Shown: one piece after another, positions 61,188 through 64,000 of the stretch
How the letters are laid out: every line of letters begins with the position of its first letter
How positions within the stretch are numbered: position 1 is the first letter of the stretch
Assembly: GCF_963921235.1 (NCBI RefSeq)
Contig: NC_086106.1
Location: forward strand, 22,816,001 to 22,880,000
Length of the DNA stretch: 64,000 bases
Direction of reading: 5' to 3'
DNA from: Mobula hypostoma
Lineage: Eukaryota
Notes under the pieces: generated by a model
What the model saw: only the letters and a program-made list of their open reading frames with translations
Database searches by the model: none
What the model was told of the DNA's origin: nothing
Translations under genes and position numbers: made by a program

Positions 61188-64000
61188 TTCCGAGGTGATT
61201 TTCGATTCCAAGTGTATATAAGATATCACAACAAGTCAGCAAATAGCTGGAGAATGTACTGCTCATTAGCATTACCACTTTTACTTTGCTGATTAACATC
61301 TGCAGATACTGCATGAAGAATTCCCTCTCTTACTCATTTGCGGCAGAGAAGAGATAATATTTGGACATTTTTTCTTCCTGCGACCTTGTTTTGTGGGTTT
61401 AGTTTAAATGTCTGTCGCAAGCAGCTTCTAATGGGTCGTACATCCACGGACACGCTTGAAGTCTGCAGCATCTCTTTGCCATCGGCTACCTTATGAGCCA
61501 CGGTTCGGGAGTTCAGATTCAGTCGACTTACCATGGTCTTCCGGTGACTAATTTTAACACTGAAGTCGGGAACAGTGCCAAAGAACAACTAGAACATTTA
61601 TCTTCAGCTTTATGGCAGCCCACGAACACTTTTTGCCATGCATCTGCTTGCTGAAGATTTTGTTTCATAGTTTGTGTAATGTGGGGAAATTCGATATGTG
61701 TTCTAATATGTGTAGTTTCTAATACATGATCGATATGCTCATTCATAATCAGTGTCTTCTCCCTCGCTGATCAAACCCGTGCCCTGTTTCCAAATTAGAG
61801 ATCTGAAGTAAACTTAGCAACAAGCAAGGACTTTGGGTTATACACAAACTCGGAGAATATTTAGCAAGTCGGCAGGAAATGTTTGATGTAAATTTATGAT
61901 GTGAATATTATGAAACGTTTGAGATAACTATTGTAGGGATGTTTACTCTAACCTACACCCCCCCCCATCCCATCCACGACAACTGTGTATCCAGCTATCC
62001 TATTAAAGTGCCAGAGTTATTAAATGACAGTATACAAGATCTCTGCCCCATCATTTCATTTGCATGAAATCATAGTTTATGCCATCGATTGCCAGACTTT
62101 CAGGAAAGGAATTCGGGACATAAGTCTAAAATCCTCTCAGATGGGACAAATTTCTACATTAATAAACTGGAAGAACAAACTGGAGATGTTAATTTTTATC
62201 CGTTCGCCAGTGATAAATTGAACTCGAAGACGTTGCATTGAATCGATTGTGTTTGAAGTAGTAACTATTTGAGAAGGAAGTACGTCAACTTGATTTATAA
62301 TAAATAAATAATAGTAATCATTTTCTTGAACTTGTCTGCAGAATACTGCTGAGATCTCTTTCAGATGATGATCTACGGCTGTGAATCATTTACCCATATA
62401 ACACCGGCAACAGTGATAAATAGATTGGACTGTACGGCACCTTTCCCAGGAAACCTGAAGGAAAGCAGCGTCGAACCGAGATTCAATTAATCATCACCAA
62501 GATCACCGATGCTGCAATCTGCAGGATTTTTGTGTTGAATTCCTGCTTCTATTTTCAGTTTTATTTTTTTTAAATGAAAGACGCCACCGTCAGTTGCATT
62601 AATGACAAATATCTGAATGGACGGAACATGACTACAATGTCACTAACAATTGGAATGCATAGAATGGCGCACTACTGATTTCTGTTCTGACAGAAAAAAA
62701 AAAACATTAACCTAATTCAAACGAAGTCGCGGTTATCGGGGAGTGTGTGCCAGGTTTCGAGTTTACTTAATGAGAGACACACACATACCACGTATTTGCG
62801 TAAAAGACGTGTGCAGTTCATGCATATGCATATAAACGTTAATGTATTAATTTATCGAAACAGAATGCTTAAGGAAAGTGTGTACATACACATTATTACT
62901 GAAATATTATTCAAATATGAAATATACAGCACGACAAGTTTGAAAATTTCACGGCAGCATTTACTGCACCCGGCCACGGCCTTCGGGTACGGGATATTTT
63001 GCTACAGTGACCTTCTACAAACATTTTTGCTTAGGGTGCGACTAGTACGGAGATCTTTTATTGTTACTGACCATAACGGCGTTAAGGATTGGGGGACTAC
63101 ACTTCAATTCGAGCGTGTATTAGCAATTTTCAGAAGGAAACCAAGAGATTGCGAAGTTTTATTCCTGGATCAAATAACGATTAAAACCGTGGTACATGGA
63201 ATATAATATTAATAAACGCGACGTCCTTTACAGCAGACGGAAAAAAATATACATAATTTGGTTTGAGAGGAACTCAGATATATGGCAGTGTAATTGACCT
63301 CAGAGCCAGTCGTCGAACTCGAATTACTCCATCAGAACAACAAGGAATTAGGAAAATATGATGAAGTGCAGACCTGAATTTGAAGAAACTAGTGTAACTT
63401 CGAGTCACCTCTAAAGGGTGCTCACGCGATAACCCCACTGATTTTAATCACCACATTTAAAAAATATATATATTGAAATATGGAAAAAAAATCGTAAGGT
63501 TATTCTGTGCGATAACTGTATTATGTACATACAGGAAGTCGAATGTTATAATTATTCCGAAAATTTGATAAAATATGTACATATTTGACAGGAGGTTACT
63601 GAAACATACTGACTGTCGTTGTTCTAGATCTTGGATTTCATTGAAGGTGTTTGTGCTTGTTTTGACATCTTGCTCTAAGGAAAATATCAATTTTAACAGT
63701 TGCGGATTTTATTTCCAACACCTAAATGAGCAAGGACATATTCATCCATGGCCCTGTGACTATTTAGGTCAGAAACACGTGGAGGCACAGTCCATAAAAT
63801 TACATTCAAATCGTAATCTGAACATTTTTTTAAGGTTCAGTCCATTCAAGGAGCATGTGTCAGAAAAAAGAGGGAGTTAGGGATAAGATTGAATTTTATT
63901 TAACAAGTTAGCAGATGTGACAGGCCTATTCGCCTAACATTACCGTCATTCATCATTTCAATACAGTTAAAGAAAGACTAATTTTGGAGAGAGTCCAAGA

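Larger units (their letters stand above)
35545..63010 (+). repeat. Segmental duplication copy B
   Basis: Same order of landmarks as 1-22150. The V1 and V1' exons differ at 16 of their first 107 nt by hand count (~85% identity). Confidence 0.92.

Noticed and set aside
62745-63206. 153-aa plus-strand ORF
   Set aside because: Starts at a non-ATG codon, has no recognisable domain, and the paralogous DNA near 21880-22150 does not keep the frame.
1-64000. D, J or C segments, and tRNA or rRNA genes
   Set aside because: No 12-RSS-preceded FGXG motif or C1 exon was seen. The tRNA-like boxes belong to SINE heads.

Overview
Vertebrate genomic DNA, most likely a cartilaginous fish (batoid-like, inferred from the CR1, V-SINE and Penelope repeat content; not verified), from the V-segment region of a T-cell receptor alpha/delta-type locus. 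I can support seven to eight V segments or fragments. They have ~46-nt leader exons, 85-143-nt introns and, where intact, 23-bp-spacer recombination signals. They lie in both orientations. None is canonical: each has a frameshift, stop, broken splice site, TE insertion or loss of the conserved Trp41. No D, J or C segments are visible. Much of the window is a diverged segmental duplication (about 1-22.1 kb versus 35.5-63.0 kb), inside which an older ~2-2.5-kb V unit is itself tandemly repeated. The rest is nested mobile DNA: an internally deleted Gypsy element, an IR/DR Tc1, many CR1 pieces, Rex1/Babar ends, tRNA-SINEs, an RLE-type (Hero/NeSL-like) relic and a probable solo LTR. The most notable items are three Penelope-like insertions carrying minimal hammerhead ribozyme motifs (one intact) and a chimeric V formed by a deletion with filler DNA. 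All alignments and counts were done by eye.
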